DNA from: Escherichia phage phT4A
Reading direction: 5' to 3' (one strand)
Length of the DNA stretch: 64,000 nucleotides
Sequence record: NC_055712.1
In this document: in pieces, positions 38,592 through 47,178 of the stretch
Position numbering within the stretch: position 1 is the first letter of the stretch
How the letters are laid out: each line of letters opens with the position of its first letter
Made by a program: the position numbers and the translations under genes
Notes under the pieces: generated by a model
Databases searched by the model: none
What the model was told of the DNA's origin: nothing
Seen by the model: only the letters and a program-made list of their open reading frames with translations

Positions 38592-39729
38592 AATTATCAA
38601 TACCCTTTACAAACAACTCATGCAGTTGTGTGGTGAATCCGAAACATTTTTCTTCGTTGATCAAGTAACCGTGATGGGTACACCTGTTCGAATCTTTAAC
38701 TATCGCATGGCCTCATATACAGACTGGCTAAAGCCTGGTGCTCTGGAATGTCGCGGTATCATGTTTGAAATGGATGGAGATACCCCCGTATCAATCATCA
38801 GCCGCCCTATGGAGAAGTTTTTTAACTATGCCGAGGTAAAGGCATGGGAAGCGCTTAACGAGTCTCCTATTGAATTAGGCGAAGTTTTAGACGTGATGAT
38901 TAAAGAAGATGGTTCCTTGATCTCAACTTTCCTTGACGGTGGATTTCTGGCGGTCAAGTCTAAAGGTTCGGTTAAATCAGAACAAGCTATGGATGCGCAC
39001 AGCGTGTTAATGGCAAATCGTGAATTGCTGACCCGCTTAACTGAGATCGCTAAAGAAAACTATACGGTGAACATGGAATACGTTTCCCCGAAAAACCGTA
39101 TTGTCGTTGGTTATGATTCTCCTGATCTGCGTATCCTGAACGTTCGTCACAACATCACGGGTGAATACATCCCTTATGATGAACTCTTTGCTGACGCGCT
39201 GTTACGTGCGTATCTGGTTAAGCGTGAGAATATCGAAGTACTGGATCTGGATGCATTCGCAAAAGAAGCATATCAGAATGAAGGATTCGAAGGCTATGTT
39301 GTTCTGACAACGAAAGGGTTTGTAAAAATCAAAACAAACTGGTATGTCAATCTGCATCGCACAAAAGATAGCATCACCAACAATAAGGATCTTTTCCTAA
39401 ATATTGTTGAGAATACGGTCGATGACCTGAAACAGCTATTCAGTTCGGATCTGGTCTCTCTGAAAAAGATTGACGATTTCGAAAAACTTTTCCTTGATAG
39501 TCTCAATCGTTTGAGTGCAAAAGCGTTCAAAGCTATTGAAGATAATAAAGGGAAATCGCGTAAAGATTTTGCTATCAGTCTAAGCGCGGATTTGTCAAAC
39601 GACGGTCGGATCATCTTCGGGCCTCTTATGAAGTACTTCGAAGAAACCGATCCACAAAAACTGGTCGATCGCATCATTGAAATGATGGTTAAAAATTACG
39701 ATCAGTTCATTCCTGGAGAGTACAAGTGA
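38572..39729 (+). CDS. rnlA: RNA ligase 1 (RnlA, gene 63 equivalent)
   Basis: 385 aa; collinear with recalled T4 Rnl1 (ALECRGIMFEMDG, IKEDGSL, FKSKGS). Confidence 0.85.
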   Translation: MTKAQTKIINTLYKQLMQLCGESETFFFVDQVTVMGTPVRIFNYRMASYTDWLKPGALECRGIMFEMDGDTPVSIISRPMEKFFNYAEVKAWEALNESPIELGEVLDVMIKEDGSLISTFLDGGFLAVKSKGSVKSEQAMDAHSVLMANRELLTRLTEIAKENYTVNMEYVSPKNRIVVGYDSPDLRILNVRHNITGEYIPYDELFADALLRAYLVKRENIEVLDLDAFAKEAYQNEGFEGYVVLTTKGFVKIKTNWYVNLHRTKDSITNNKDLFLNIVENTVDDLKQLFSSDLVSLKKIDDFEKLFLDSLNRLSAKAFKAIEDNKGKSRKDFAISLSADLSNDGRIIFGPLMKYFEETDPQKLVDRIIEMMVKNYDQFIPGEYK

Positions 39730-40262
39730 AATCATTTGGCGCATATAGCCGAACGATAGAACAAGAAAAAGCAGGGATTGATTCCCTGCTTTCTTTCGTT
39801 GATGTTTTCCCCGAAACTGGAAAAATTTACTGGAATGATAAAGCATATCATAAAAGTAAGAGAGGAAAAGAAGCGGGTTCTATTGTTTGTGAAGAATACC
39901 CTTATACGAAAATAAAGTATGCTGGGAAAAATTACATGAGGCATAGAATAATATTTTACTATGTTCATGGTTACTTACCAATCATAGTTGATCATAAAAA
40001 TGGTCTTGATTTTGGTGATTGTATTGATAATCTTCAAGAATCCGATCCCGTTCATAATATATTGAAGAAAAACAAAACCAGAAAATCTAAAACTACCACA
40101 TCAAAAGGGGTTGACTATCGTTCTTCTCGTGGAAAATATAGAGCACAAATACGGATTAATGGTAAAACGAAACATATAGGATATTATGATACAGAAGAAC
40201 AGGCGTCTATCGCATATGAGGAAACTTTGAATGAATATCAAAAGCATCTTGGGTATGATTAA
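39726..40262 (+). CDS. HNH endonuclease with AP2 DNA-binding domain (freestanding homing endonuclease)
   Basis: IVDHKNGLDFGDCIDNLQ HNH core; C-terminal YRSSRGKYRAQIRINGKTKHIGYYDTEEQASIAYEE AP2-like; paralog of 47175-47693. Confidence 0.8.
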   Translation: MKSFGAYSRTIEQEKAGIDSLLSFVDVFPETGKIYWNDKAYHKSKRGKEAGSIVCEEYPYTKIKYAGKNYMRHRIIFYYVHGYLPIIVDHKNGLDFGDCIDNLQESDPVHNILKKNKTRKSKTTTSKGVDYRSSRGKYRAQIRINGKTKHIGYYDTEEQASIAYEETLNEYQKHLGYD

Positions 40263-40566
40263 TATAAAATCGTGGATATGGCCTATTATTGTTGCTTGCT
40301 CCCTAATAGCCCTTTTTTACATTGCAGTCGATACCAAAATTGAAAATGCATCATTACGCAAGGATATAAAATCTTTGCAAGACGATGTGAAGAAAGTAAA
40401 AGAGACAAATACAAGCAATACTGTGATCTATGTCGAACAAAAAGGTAAGGATCAGCAGTTGGTCAAGGATGCCGGACGTAAAGATCTGCTGTTTAAAAAA
40501 CCAGGACTGATCGAAATCAAGATCAACAAATCCTTCGAAGAGTATATGGCGGAATACGACAAATGA
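40255..40566 (+). CDS. putative i-spanin (inner-membrane anchored, coiled-coil)
   Basis: N-terminal TM (WIWPIIVACSLIALFYIAV) then charged coiled-coil; followed by lipoprotein gene; upstream of pnk as T4 pseT.3/pseT.2. Confidence 0.55.
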   Translation: MINIKSWIWPIIVACSLIALFYIAVDTKIENASLRKDIKSLQDDVKKVKETNTSNTVIYVEQKGKDQQLVKDAGRKDLLFKKPGLIEIKINKSFEEYMAEYDK

Positions 40567-40880
40567 AAATTGCAACGTTAGCCCTTGTTCTGGGCGTTCT
40601 GTTGGTCGGGTGTGCTGAGAAGCCCCCAGAAAAGATTTTGCCTACGCTCCCCGCTAAGGTGAATCCGGTGAATGTGAAATGGAAAGTGGTTGCAGAAGTC
40701 CGAGAGATTGACGGTAAAAAATACCTTGTAATGCCCTATGACGGAAATCCTTATGTTGCATTATCATATCCAGATTCATTGATTTTTCGTAGCTGGATGA
40801 ACGACGTTAAAAGACAAAAGGATCAGACCGATAATGTTCTGTGTACTTTGGGATACCCTGAGAAATGCAAATCAAAATAA
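40563..40880 (+). CDS. putative o-spanin (outer-membrane lipoprotein)
   Basis: Signal peptide with lipobox LLVGC; ATGA overlap with preceding gene. Confidence 0.6.
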   Translation: MKIATLALVLGVLLVGCAEKPPEKILPTLPAKVNPVNVKWKVVAEVREIDGKKYLVMPYDGNPYVALSYPDSLIFRSWMNDVKRQKDQTDNVLCTLGYPEKCKSK

Positions 40881-41037
40881 CCAAAACATTTTTTCGTGAC
40901 ATAACAGAAGGAAAAGTTTATACTGCGAAAAAGGATAAAGAAGGTCTATGGATAGAAAACGATTGGAATCGTGATATATGGCTCAATCTGACGAATGAGT
41001 ATAACAAAGAACTAATTGAATATGAGATAGTGAAATG
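40865..41037 (+). CDS. small hypothetical ORF (56 aa)
   Basis: Hand-translated; overlaps o-spanin stop and pnk start. Confidence 0.3.
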
Positions 41038-41421
41038 AATCTGTTTATGACTATTGGCGTTCCGGGTAGTGGAAAAACTACCTGGGCGCATGAGAAAGCC
41101 CGTGAATTGGGTAATACTGTTACGATCTCTCGCGATGATCTGCGTAGCTCTTTGTATAATGCNNNNNNNNNNNNNNNNNNNNNNNNNNNNNNNNNNNNNN
41201 NNNNNNNNNNNNNNNNNNNNNNNNNNNNNNNNNNNNNNNNNNNNNNNNNNNNNNNNNNNNNNGATACCAGGACAGATTTTGAAGTAAAAGAAGAAATTTT
41301 GTTTGACAAGATTTTAGATAAGTATTATCCTGTTATTGCAGTGGACGATAGAGACACTCCGGTCGGGATGTGGCGAGCAAACGGGATTCCGTGCTTACAA
41401 GTCGATTATGGTGATTTCTGA
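41035..41421 (+). CDS. pseT: polynucleotide kinase/3'-phosphatase (Pnk), middle part lost in gap
   Basis: N-terminal kinase P-loop GVPGSGKTTWA; C-terminal DTRTDFEVKEEILF...AVDDRDTPVGMWRANGIPCLQVDYGDF matches T4 Pnk C-terminus. Confidence 0.8.
   Translation: MNLFMTIGVPGSGKTTWAHEKARELGNTVTISRDDLRSSLYNXXXXXXXXXXXXXXXXXXXXXXXXXXXXXXXXXXDTRTDFEVKEEILFDKILDKYYPVIAVDDRDTPVGMWRANGIPCLQVDYGDF
41163..41262. other. assembly gap (100 N), true length unknown
   Basis: Run of N; about 200 aa of Pnk missing by comparison with T4. Confidence 0.9.
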
Positions 41422-41473
41422 TTGACATCTAATGTGGGTATGTTAAAGTACCCACACAAAAGAGGATTACATT

Positions 41474-41761
41474 ATGAACGTTATTCGTGAAGATAAAGGC
41501 ATCATGGTTGAACTTGGCGATCGCATTCGCGTAGAAAATTTGGGCGATTTTAATCAAAAAGTTCGTTTGTTGTGCCAAAAAATTGCTAACAAAATCCAGG
41601 AACAGAGAAAAGCACCAGGCGGGTTTGAAGTTAGCGCCACTCCGGTTTCTCAGTACTCGTACATTGTGTATATTCATGACGTGGATACTAACAGCACCCA
41701 ATCTTTCGGGCTGGTGTTAAATCCTATTACTGGCTACGTTACATGGGCGGTTGTATTATGA
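41474..41761 (+). CDS. hypothetical protein
   Basis: 95 aa; SD AGAGGA. Confidence 0.5.
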   Translation: MNVIREDKGIMVELGDRIRVENLGDFNQKVRLLCQKIANKIQEQRKAPGGFEVSATPVSQYSYIVYIHDVDTNSTQSFGLVLNPITGYVTWAVVL

Positions 41762-42009
41762 ACGTAAAAATTATTGATAGAGCGATGATCACGGACGAAT
41801 CTGTATACCCGGATCCTCGTTATTATGGCGGCGTTTTCGGATACATCAAAGGAACTGATATTGATGTAGTAACAAGTCCGATCGCTGAATATGATATCAA
41901 CAAAAATCAAACAGAAGTTCGCGTTACTACAATCAACGGTTCAGAATATATCGTTGAAGCGACTCCTGATTTTATCAAACAGTTACTAAAGGTGATGAAA
42001 GATGCTTGA
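41758..42009 (+). CDS. hypothetical protein
   Basis: ATGA overlap; start at MNVKIID. Confidence 0.45.
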   Translation: MNVKIIDRAMITDESVYPDPRYYGGVFGYIKGTDIDVVTSPIAEYDINKNQTEVRVTTINGSEYIVEATPDFIKQLLKVMKDA

Positions 42010-42286
42010 TCATCCTGGCTCTATGAGCATGGTTCTCCTGGAAGCATTAAAGGCATATGATATCCCTTGTCATTTCGGTGAAGTAAATGTTAATACTATT
42101 GTTGACGAAATCGACAACCCAAATACTTTCATTGCTTGTCTTGTTCGAAAATTCACAAGTTGTTTTCGTCCGAGTCCAGAAAAAGTAGTGATTAGTTCTG
42201 TTTCTGCACATCATCGAGTGTTGGATGATAGAAAGATTCAAGTTTACTGGAAAGTTCTTTATCACGTGGTGTATCATGAAGATTGA
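42002..42286 (+). CDS. hypothetical protein
   Basis: 94 aa ORF. Confidence 0.4.
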   Translation: MLDHPGSMSMVLLEALKAYDIPCHFGEVNVNTIVDEIDNPNTFIACLVRKFTSCFRPSPEKVVISSVSAHHRVLDDRKIQVYWKVLYHVVYHED

Positions 42287-42782
42287 TGATATTATGTTTA
42301 TGCTTAGAGCGGTAAGCGCTTCTAAGTTCTCTCAATGTGTCTCTGTTAATGTCGGTGCTGCGTTGAGAAATGGTAACGGGCGTGTGTTTGTAGGCGCAAA
42401 TAATACGGTTGATCCTAGTCATCGTTGTACAGATCAGTGCAATCACTTATTAGATGATAACGGGAAACTGAGTGAAGAAAAGCGCCCTGAACATTCACAA
42501 TGGTCAGATCGCAACGAAGTACACGCAGAAATGCGCGTTATTATGCTGGCGGCGTCTCATGAACAAATCAAAGACGCAACTTTGTATACAACTCATTCCC
42601 CTTGCTCACAATGTGCGAAAAATATCGAATTTTGTGTTGCAACAGGTATGATTAAGCGTGTAGTATATCTACATAAATACGATCGTGGTGGCATCGAGTG
42701 GATATGGCGTCTACAGCAATACGGTGCCGAAGTAGTACAACTTGACCCCGAAGAAATGAATAAACATTTCCGGATCAAATAA
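42276..42782 (+). CDS. cd: dCMP deaminase (Cd)
   Basis: HAEMRVI and PCSQCAKNI zinc-binding motifs. Confidence 0.85.
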   Translation: MKIDDIMFMLRAVSASKFSQCVSVNVGAALRNGNGRVFVGANNTVDPSHRCTDQCNHLLDDNGKLSEEKRPEHSQWSDRNEVHAEMRVIMLAASHEQIKDATLYTTHSPCSQCAKNIEFCVATGMIKRVVYLHKYDRGGIEWIWRLQQYGAEVVQLDPEEMNKHFRIK

Positions 42783-42785
42783 CAA

Positions 42786-43139
42786 ATGAGTAAATGTATG
42801 TCTGAACTGAGTGTAAAAGCATCCTTTGAATATGTTTTGATTGAAACCAACGCTAAAGCGGCTGGAACTGAAATTGTATCACCTTCTGGTATTGTGACTG
42901 GTGTTCGTCAACACGGCGAGGAACCGATCTACGGCACAGTGTTATCATGTGGGCCGGATGTACCGGAAGAATATAAAACCCTGCTTATGGGTAAGCGAGT
43001 ACCGCTTCCTCATGCACAAATGGCAAACGTGCCGGATCCTGAACTGATTGCAGGAAAGGCAACAAAAGAAGAAGCTCGCAAGTATCCGGTTAAATATGTA
43101 ACCGCACACTATAAAGCGATTCAAGCAATTTACGAATAA
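42786..43139 (+). CDS. 31: co-chaperonin (gp31, GroES-like)
   Basis: Collinear with recalled T4 gp31 (SCGPDVPE, VTAHYKAIQAIYE). Confidence 0.8.
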   Translation: MSKCMSELSVKASFEYVLIETNAKAAGTEIVSPSGIVTGVRQHGEEPIYGTVLSCGPDVPEEYKTLLMGKRVPLPHAQMANVPDPELIAGKATKEEARKYPVKYVTAHYKAIQAIYE

Positions 43140-43149
43140 GAGATCCAAC

Positions 43150-43401
43150 ATGGCTAAACAAATTCAAGCAATCATCGCCGATACCGTCGCAAAATCCAAA
43201 AAACTTTTCGACAAAGGCGACATCCTCGAAGCACCGACCCGCATCGATGTAATGACTTCAATGATCATTGATGCTCACCAGGGAAAACTGAATTCCCGTG
43301 CTTCGGAAGTAATGGAATACATCGTACAGTTCGAGGATGTATGCAAATACGCCAAAGCTGTTGATCCGGCTGTTCGCGAAATCTACCGCAAACAGTTCTA
43401 A
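43150..43401 (+). CDS. hypothetical protein (position corresponds to rIII next to gene 31 in T4)
   Basis: 83 aa; synteny only. Confidence 0.4.
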   Translation: MAKQIQAIIADTVAKSKKLFDKGDILEAPTRIDVMTSMIIDAHQGKLNSRASEVMEYIVQFEDVCKYAKAVDPAVREIYRKQF

Positions 43402-43408
43402 AAATATT

Positions 43409-43485
43409 GGCCCCTTAGCTCAATAGGTAGAGCTAATCACTCATAATGGTTAGGTTCCCGGTTCAAGTCACGGGAGGGGCCACCA
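43409..43485 (+). tRNA. tRNA with CAU anticodon (Met, or Ile if lysidine-modified); T-stem imperfect
   Basis: Hand fold: 7-bp acceptor GGCCCCU/AGGGGCC, canonical D and anticodon arms, loop CUCAUAA, encoded CCA; T-stem has a mismatch. Confidence 0.6.
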
Positions 43486-43490
43486 AACAA

Positions 43491-43567
43491 GGCAAGGCAC
43501 TTAGAGAAGCGGGAGGAACAGAATCTGATTCTGTTGGTTGTAGGTGCAAATCCTACCCTTGCCACCA
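43491..43567 (+). tRNA. tRNA-Gln-like (anticodon CUG); weak D-stem
   Basis: Hand fold: 7-bp acceptor, 5-bp anticodon stem with loop AUCUGAU, 5-bp T-stem with loop UGCAAAU, encoded CCA. Confidence 0.5.
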
Positions 43568-43716
43568 AATTTGGGTGCGTAGCGCAATGCCGTTAAATGG
43601 TTCGGAATATGCAACCTTATCCACAGGAAAGGCTCTGTTGGTATCCGGTAATAGGTTCCCCGGAATGCGGGGTGAAGTAAAGAAACTTCCAGCCCACTAA
43701 TTTTAATGAGGTTTAT

Positions 43717-43998
43717 ATGAAATTTCGTGAAACTGTGAAATACCATAACGCGGTCGAATATACGCAGATTTTTGTTGATATGTCTCCTGCAAAATTCAAA
43801 GAACGCTATGGCATGACATTTAATGAATGGAAAGATGGATTGTCCGATGGGGATTACCGAAAAAACTTCAAATTCAGTGAATGTTATGTGGATGATGACC
43901 CTTACGATCTGGATGTTTGTAGTAAAACAACACCTCTCATTGAGAATTCACCAGAACAGCTTTACGAATCTTGTATTGATTCTGCATACGAAATTTAA
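43717..43998 (+). CDS. hypothetical protein
   Basis: 93 aa ORF. Confidence 0.5.
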   Translation: MKFRETVKYHNAVEYTQIFVDMSPAKFKERYGMTFNEWKDGLSDGDYRKNFKFSECYVDDDPYDLDVCSKTTPLIENSPEQLYESCIDSAYEI

Positions 43999-44007
43999 AG
44001 AGATAAC

Positions 44008-44427
44008 ATGAAAAATTTACAAAAACTGTTTAAAATGTCTCCGGCAATTAGAAAAATCATCGGAGAAAGCAATCCAACGAATCGCAATAAAAAGTTGATG
44101 GAACTTTTTGTAAAAGAGTTCGATGATTTTGATTCTGAACTTCGTAAAGCGCTTGAGGCATATTCCAAACAAGGGTTCTTTGCATCGCCGCAAGTGAATA
44201 GTAAGAAAGAGTATAGCGAACGATTCTTTGATTGGGAGATTGTCAACCTCGTTCGTAGAACAAATATATCTCCGAGCAATCACCAATTGATTTCTCTTGA
44301 TACTTCGGTATTCTTCATCCAGTATCTTATTAGTGGTGGTTTCAAAAATCCTGAAATTCCGTTTACAAATGAAGCGGTTAGCAGTGAATTTGATGAATCA
44401 TTTGTATACATCAACACAAACAAATAA
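44008..44427 (+). CDS. hypothetical protein
   Basis: 139 aa ORF. Confidence 0.5.
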   Translation: MKNLQKLFKMSPAIRKIIGESNPTNRNKKLMELFVKEFDDFDSELRKALEAYSKQGFFASPQVNSKKEYSERFFDWEIVNLVRRTNISPSNHQLISLDTSVFFIQYLISGGFKNPEIPFTNEAVSSEFDESFVYINTNK

Positions 44428-44462
44428 TCAAATGGCTATCTTCGGATAGCCTTATTTTTGGG

Positions 44463-45035
44463 GTGTCTATGCGCTTTTTAAAGTATGCAAGTTGGATCGT
44501 ACTCGTCCCTCTTGACATTATTACTGGAGTATTAGCAATTCTGTTTGCCCCGTTTGTTGTACCATTCTACAACGAGAAAACAGGGCATCTTCCTAAAGGC
44601 TTCCGGTGGATGGAAACCTTCGATAACCCTATTGATGGTGATGGTGGACATATCCGCCGTTGGGCGTCCATACGCTATCATCTGGGGGATTTTGGGGTGT
44701 ACATGCAACGTGTTGGCTGGTTGTGGAGAAACAAGGCTTATAACTTCGCATATCACGTTTTAGGACGTGAAGCGACAAGCAAATTCAACTGGAAAGGCAA
44801 CCCAAAAACAGAAGGTGGGCCGAACCCTGTAAATCATGGGTATCTGCTCATGTGGAACGAATCAGCATGGGGTTTGTACGTTTACAAACCGTGGCTACGG
44901 ATCCACAAAGTGCAATTCTGTTTGCGCGTTTATGCTGGATGGAAACTGAAACAAGAAGTTAGCGACCCAGTTAACCTGGATCGTGCAATGCTGGCGTTTC
45001 ATTTCAACCCGTTCAGGTATTATGTAATCAAGTAA
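44463..45035 (+). CDS. hypothetical Trp-rich membrane protein
   Basis: 190 aa; N-terminal TM segment. Confidence 0.5.
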   Translation: MSMRFLKYASWIVLVPLDIITGVLAILFAPFVVPFYNEKTGHLPKGFRWMETFDNPIDGDGGHIRRWASIRYHLGDFGVYMQRVGWLWRNKAYNFAYHVLGREATSKFNWKGNPKTEGGPNPVNHGYLLMWNESAWGLYVYKPWLRIHKVQFCLRVYAGWKLKQEVSDPVNLDRAMLAFHFNPFRYYVIK

Positions 45036-45045
45036 AGGTAATACA

Positions 45046-45408
45046 ATGAAAGCATTTCAAATTTTAGAAGGTTTGCATACTGGTACGATCTATCTGGAAG
45101 AAGGTAACGACGTTCGGATCGTAGTATCAAAAACATTAACTATGGATTCTGTGATCGGTAAAGCTCGCGTTACTCCGTTTGAAAAGCGAGAGATTGAGAT
45201 CGAATATCAACCAACTGTTAAGGTGGAAGGTGGACAGCATTTAAACGTAAACGTGTTGCGCCGCGAAACTCTCCTGGATGCGGTTGAACATCCTGAAAAA
45301 TATCCACAATTGACGATCCGTGTATCTGGTTATGCAGTGCGTTTTAACTCACTGACCCCTGAACAGCAACGCGACGTTATCGCCCGAACCTTTACAGAGA
45401 GTCTATAA
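45046..45408 (+). CDS. grcA: autonomous glycyl-radical cofactor (GrcA/YfiD-like)
   Basis: C-terminal ~60 aa ([17 protein letters not shown]...[33 protein letters not shown]) near-identical to recalled E. coli GrcA incl. RVSGY glycyl-radical motif. Confidence 0.85.
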   Translation: MKAFQILEGLHTGTIYLEEGNDVRIVVSKTLTMDSVIGKARVTPFEKREIEIEYQPTVKVEGGQHLNVNVLRRETLLDAVEHPEKYPQLTIRVSGYAVRFNSLTPEQQRDVIARTFTESL

Positions 45409-45677
45409 TGGCAATTGATGATATCAAGGGTTATAAACCCCATACTGATAAAAAAGTAGAAACGGTAAACCGTATCAAAGATGCTGAAAATGCATTAGGT
45501 GCAATCCTGGAAGATATCGAACAGCGACTATCAAATTCAGATATTGATTCACTGATAGAGGAAGAATTAGATGAGGTGCTTGAACGTATCCATCAAATTC
45601 AACTAGCGAAAGACCGACTGAAAGAAGCCTCTATGTGGGCGTGTCGTGCGGTGTTTCAGCCTGACGAAAAATATTAA
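45408..45677 (+). CDS. hypothetical protein
   Basis: 89 aa, ATGA overlap. Confidence 0.5.
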   Translation: MAIDDIKGYKPHTDKKVETVNRIKDAENALGAILEDIEQRLSNSDIDSLIEEELDEVLERIHQIQLAKDRLKEASMWACRAVFQPDEKY

Positions 45678-45682
45678 AAATC

Positions 45683-45718
45683 AAGCCGTTGCCGAAAGGT
45701 AGCGGCTTTTTCTTTTTT
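45683..45718 (+). terminator. Rho-independent terminator
   Basis: Hairpin AAGCCGTTGCC-GAAAGG-TAGCGGCTT followed by TTTTTCTTTTTT. Confidence 0.6.
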
Positions 45719-45723
45719 GGTGT

Positions 45724-45752
45724 AAAAAGTTGTTGACTCCCTTCTCACATTC
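45724..45752 (+). promoter_or_regulatory. sigma70-like promoter (TTGACT -17- TATAGT)
   Basis: Consensus-like hexamers, 17-nt spacer, upstream of gene 45803. Confidence 0.55.
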
Positions 45753-45802
45753 CCTTATAGTTAATCCCGTAGACAAGAAAACACTTTTATGAGGATGACA
45801 TT

Positions 45803-46096
45803 ATGAAACGCTCTTACAACATGAATGAACTGGTTTTCTTCAAAACTCGTCGTGAAGCACGTGCTTACGTTCTGGCGGCTGGTAAAAATACTTCTGCTGC
45901 TATCGATATGGGTACTGATAAAGCTGTTGGTGCTCGTTGGGCCGCTGTTATCGTTATCGCTGCTCCGGTTACTCCGGTTAAAACTCTGGTACTTGGTGCG
46001 CGTCACGCCGAAACTCTTAACACTGCTGCAAGCGGTAGGGGCCACGAAGTTAAAGTGTTCAAGAAGCGTTCTTATCTTTCATGTGCAAGGGGTTAA
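45803..46096 (+). CDS. hypothetical small basic protein (host-optimal codon usage)
   Basis: 97 aa; strong promoter upstream; CGT/CTG/GCT-rich codons. Confidence 0.5.
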   Translation: MKRSYNMNELVFFKTRREARAYVLAAGKNTSAAIDMGTDKAVGARWAAVIVIAAPVTPVKTLVLGARHAETLNTAASGRGHEVKVFKKRSYLSCARG

Positions 46097-46098
46097 CT

Positions 46099-46338
46099 AT
46101 GGCACGATTCATATATAAAGTGGAATACGAAAATACTGAGTTATCTGATACCTTTTTGAAGATGATTCGTGACCACGGGCAACGTCTGGAAAGAGTAACG
46201 ATTGATACTGCGTTTGATTGTCCTGTTGGGTTGGTTCTAACATTATCTTGCAGCCCTGCAAAAGAATCAGCCCGTGTTGAAATGTTACATAAACTAAATG
46301 CATTTTATGAAGGTGGTAGTGTATGGCGAGTATTGTAA
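46099..46338 (+). CDS. hypothetical protein
   Basis: Start at MARFIYK, SD AAGGGG. Confidence 0.45.
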   Translation: MARFIYKVEYENTELSDTFLKMIRDHGQRLERVTIDTAFDCPVGLVLTLSCSPAKESARVEMLHKLNAFYEGGSVWRVL

Positions 46339-46495
46339 AATTTTTCACCGACTCAGTGAAAGAAATTAACAGCGCTCTGGAACAATGGAACACTCGCTGT
46401 GATGTATCCATTAAATCAGAGTACGAAACAACTTATGATCGTTATGATCAGGCCCGTGGTTTGCACAATAACCCCCATGAGGTGGAAGTGTGAAA
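46325..46495 (+). CDS. small hypothetical ORF (56 aa)
   Basis: Hand-translated. Confidence 0.3.
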
Positions 46496-46640
46496 TACTA
46501 CGGATTCAAAACGAGTCATTTTGGTAAAGCGTATCGTACAGAAAACATCGATCGCAAACGTCCGTACTATGATTCTTTAGTACGCGCGGGACGCAAACGC
46601 GCTCGCCAGGAAGGGAAGAAGGAAGCAGAAAATGAACTTT
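46490..46640 (+). CDS. small basic hypothetical ORF (GTG start)
   Basis: Hand-translated; SD GAGG upstream. Confidence 0.25.
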
Positions 46641-46734
46641 GATCAACCCATTGCAATGATAATCGGTGCTGTCCTGGGAATGCTTCTTTTGTTTGGCGGA
46701 ATCCCATTAACTGCATATATCATGAGGTTATTCT
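46630..46734 (+). CDS. small membrane peptide (34 aa)
   Basis: MNFDQPIAMIIGAVLGMLLLFGGIPL... Confidence 0.25.
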
Positions 46735-46737
46735 AAA

Positions 46738-47178
46738 ATGGACATCGGATCAGGTAGTCAGTATCCCTCATGCGCTTTAAGCAACTTTGCCCCGCATCCG
46801 TTTACGTTCGACGGGGTAGAATGCGCATCGATGGAGGGGCTTTTACAAAGCCTGAAATTCAGCAATCCAGACATGCAAGCGCATGTATGTACGCTGGTTG
46901 GTAAAGCCGCCAAGTTCAAAGGCAAGAAAAAGAAATGGTATCGCGATCAGACCTTGTACTGGAAAGGTACACCGATCCATCGCGAATCCGAAGCGTACCA
47001 GATTCTTATTGAAAATGCGTACAATGCTCTTTTCCTGAATGACGGGTTCCGCCGTGCGCTGGCAGCAACCGGAAAAAGTACCTTGACACATTCAATGGGG
47101 AAATCTCGTATGAACGAAACTATTCTGACAGAACGAGAATTTATTAGAAATTTGAACAGGTTGAGAAATTTGTTATGA
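46738..47178 (+). CDS. NADAR / YbiA-like (DUF1768) domain protein
   Basis: ALSNFAPHPFTFDGVECASMEGLLQSLKF matches the YbiA/NADAR signature. Confidence 0.7.
   Translation: MDIGSGSQYPSCALSNFAPHPFTFDGVECASMEGLLQSLKFSNPDMQAHVCTLVGKAAKFKGKKKKWYRDQTLYWKGTPIHRESEAYQILIENAYNALFLNDGFRRALAATGKSTLTHSMGKSRMNETILTEREFIRNLNRLRNLL

Noticed and set aside
41429-41701. 90-aa minus-strand ORF
   Set aside because: Antisense to plus-strand gene 41474-41761, which has a good SD and fits the local plus-strand operon.
43150-43401. Confident rIII assignment
   Set aside because: Only positional evidence (next to gene 31); I cannot recall the rIII sequence well enough to support homology, so left as hypothetical.
43446-43700. 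84-aa plus-strand ORF and overlapping 81-aa minus ORF
   Set aside because: They overlap the two tRNA genes and the structured RNA region; reading frames through tRNA sequence are spurious.
45803-46096. Internal protein with a capsid-targeting sequence
   Set aside because: The N-terminus MKRSYNMNE only loosely resembles the T4 CTS (MKTYQEFIAE); not enough to call it, so only expression-related observations are reported.
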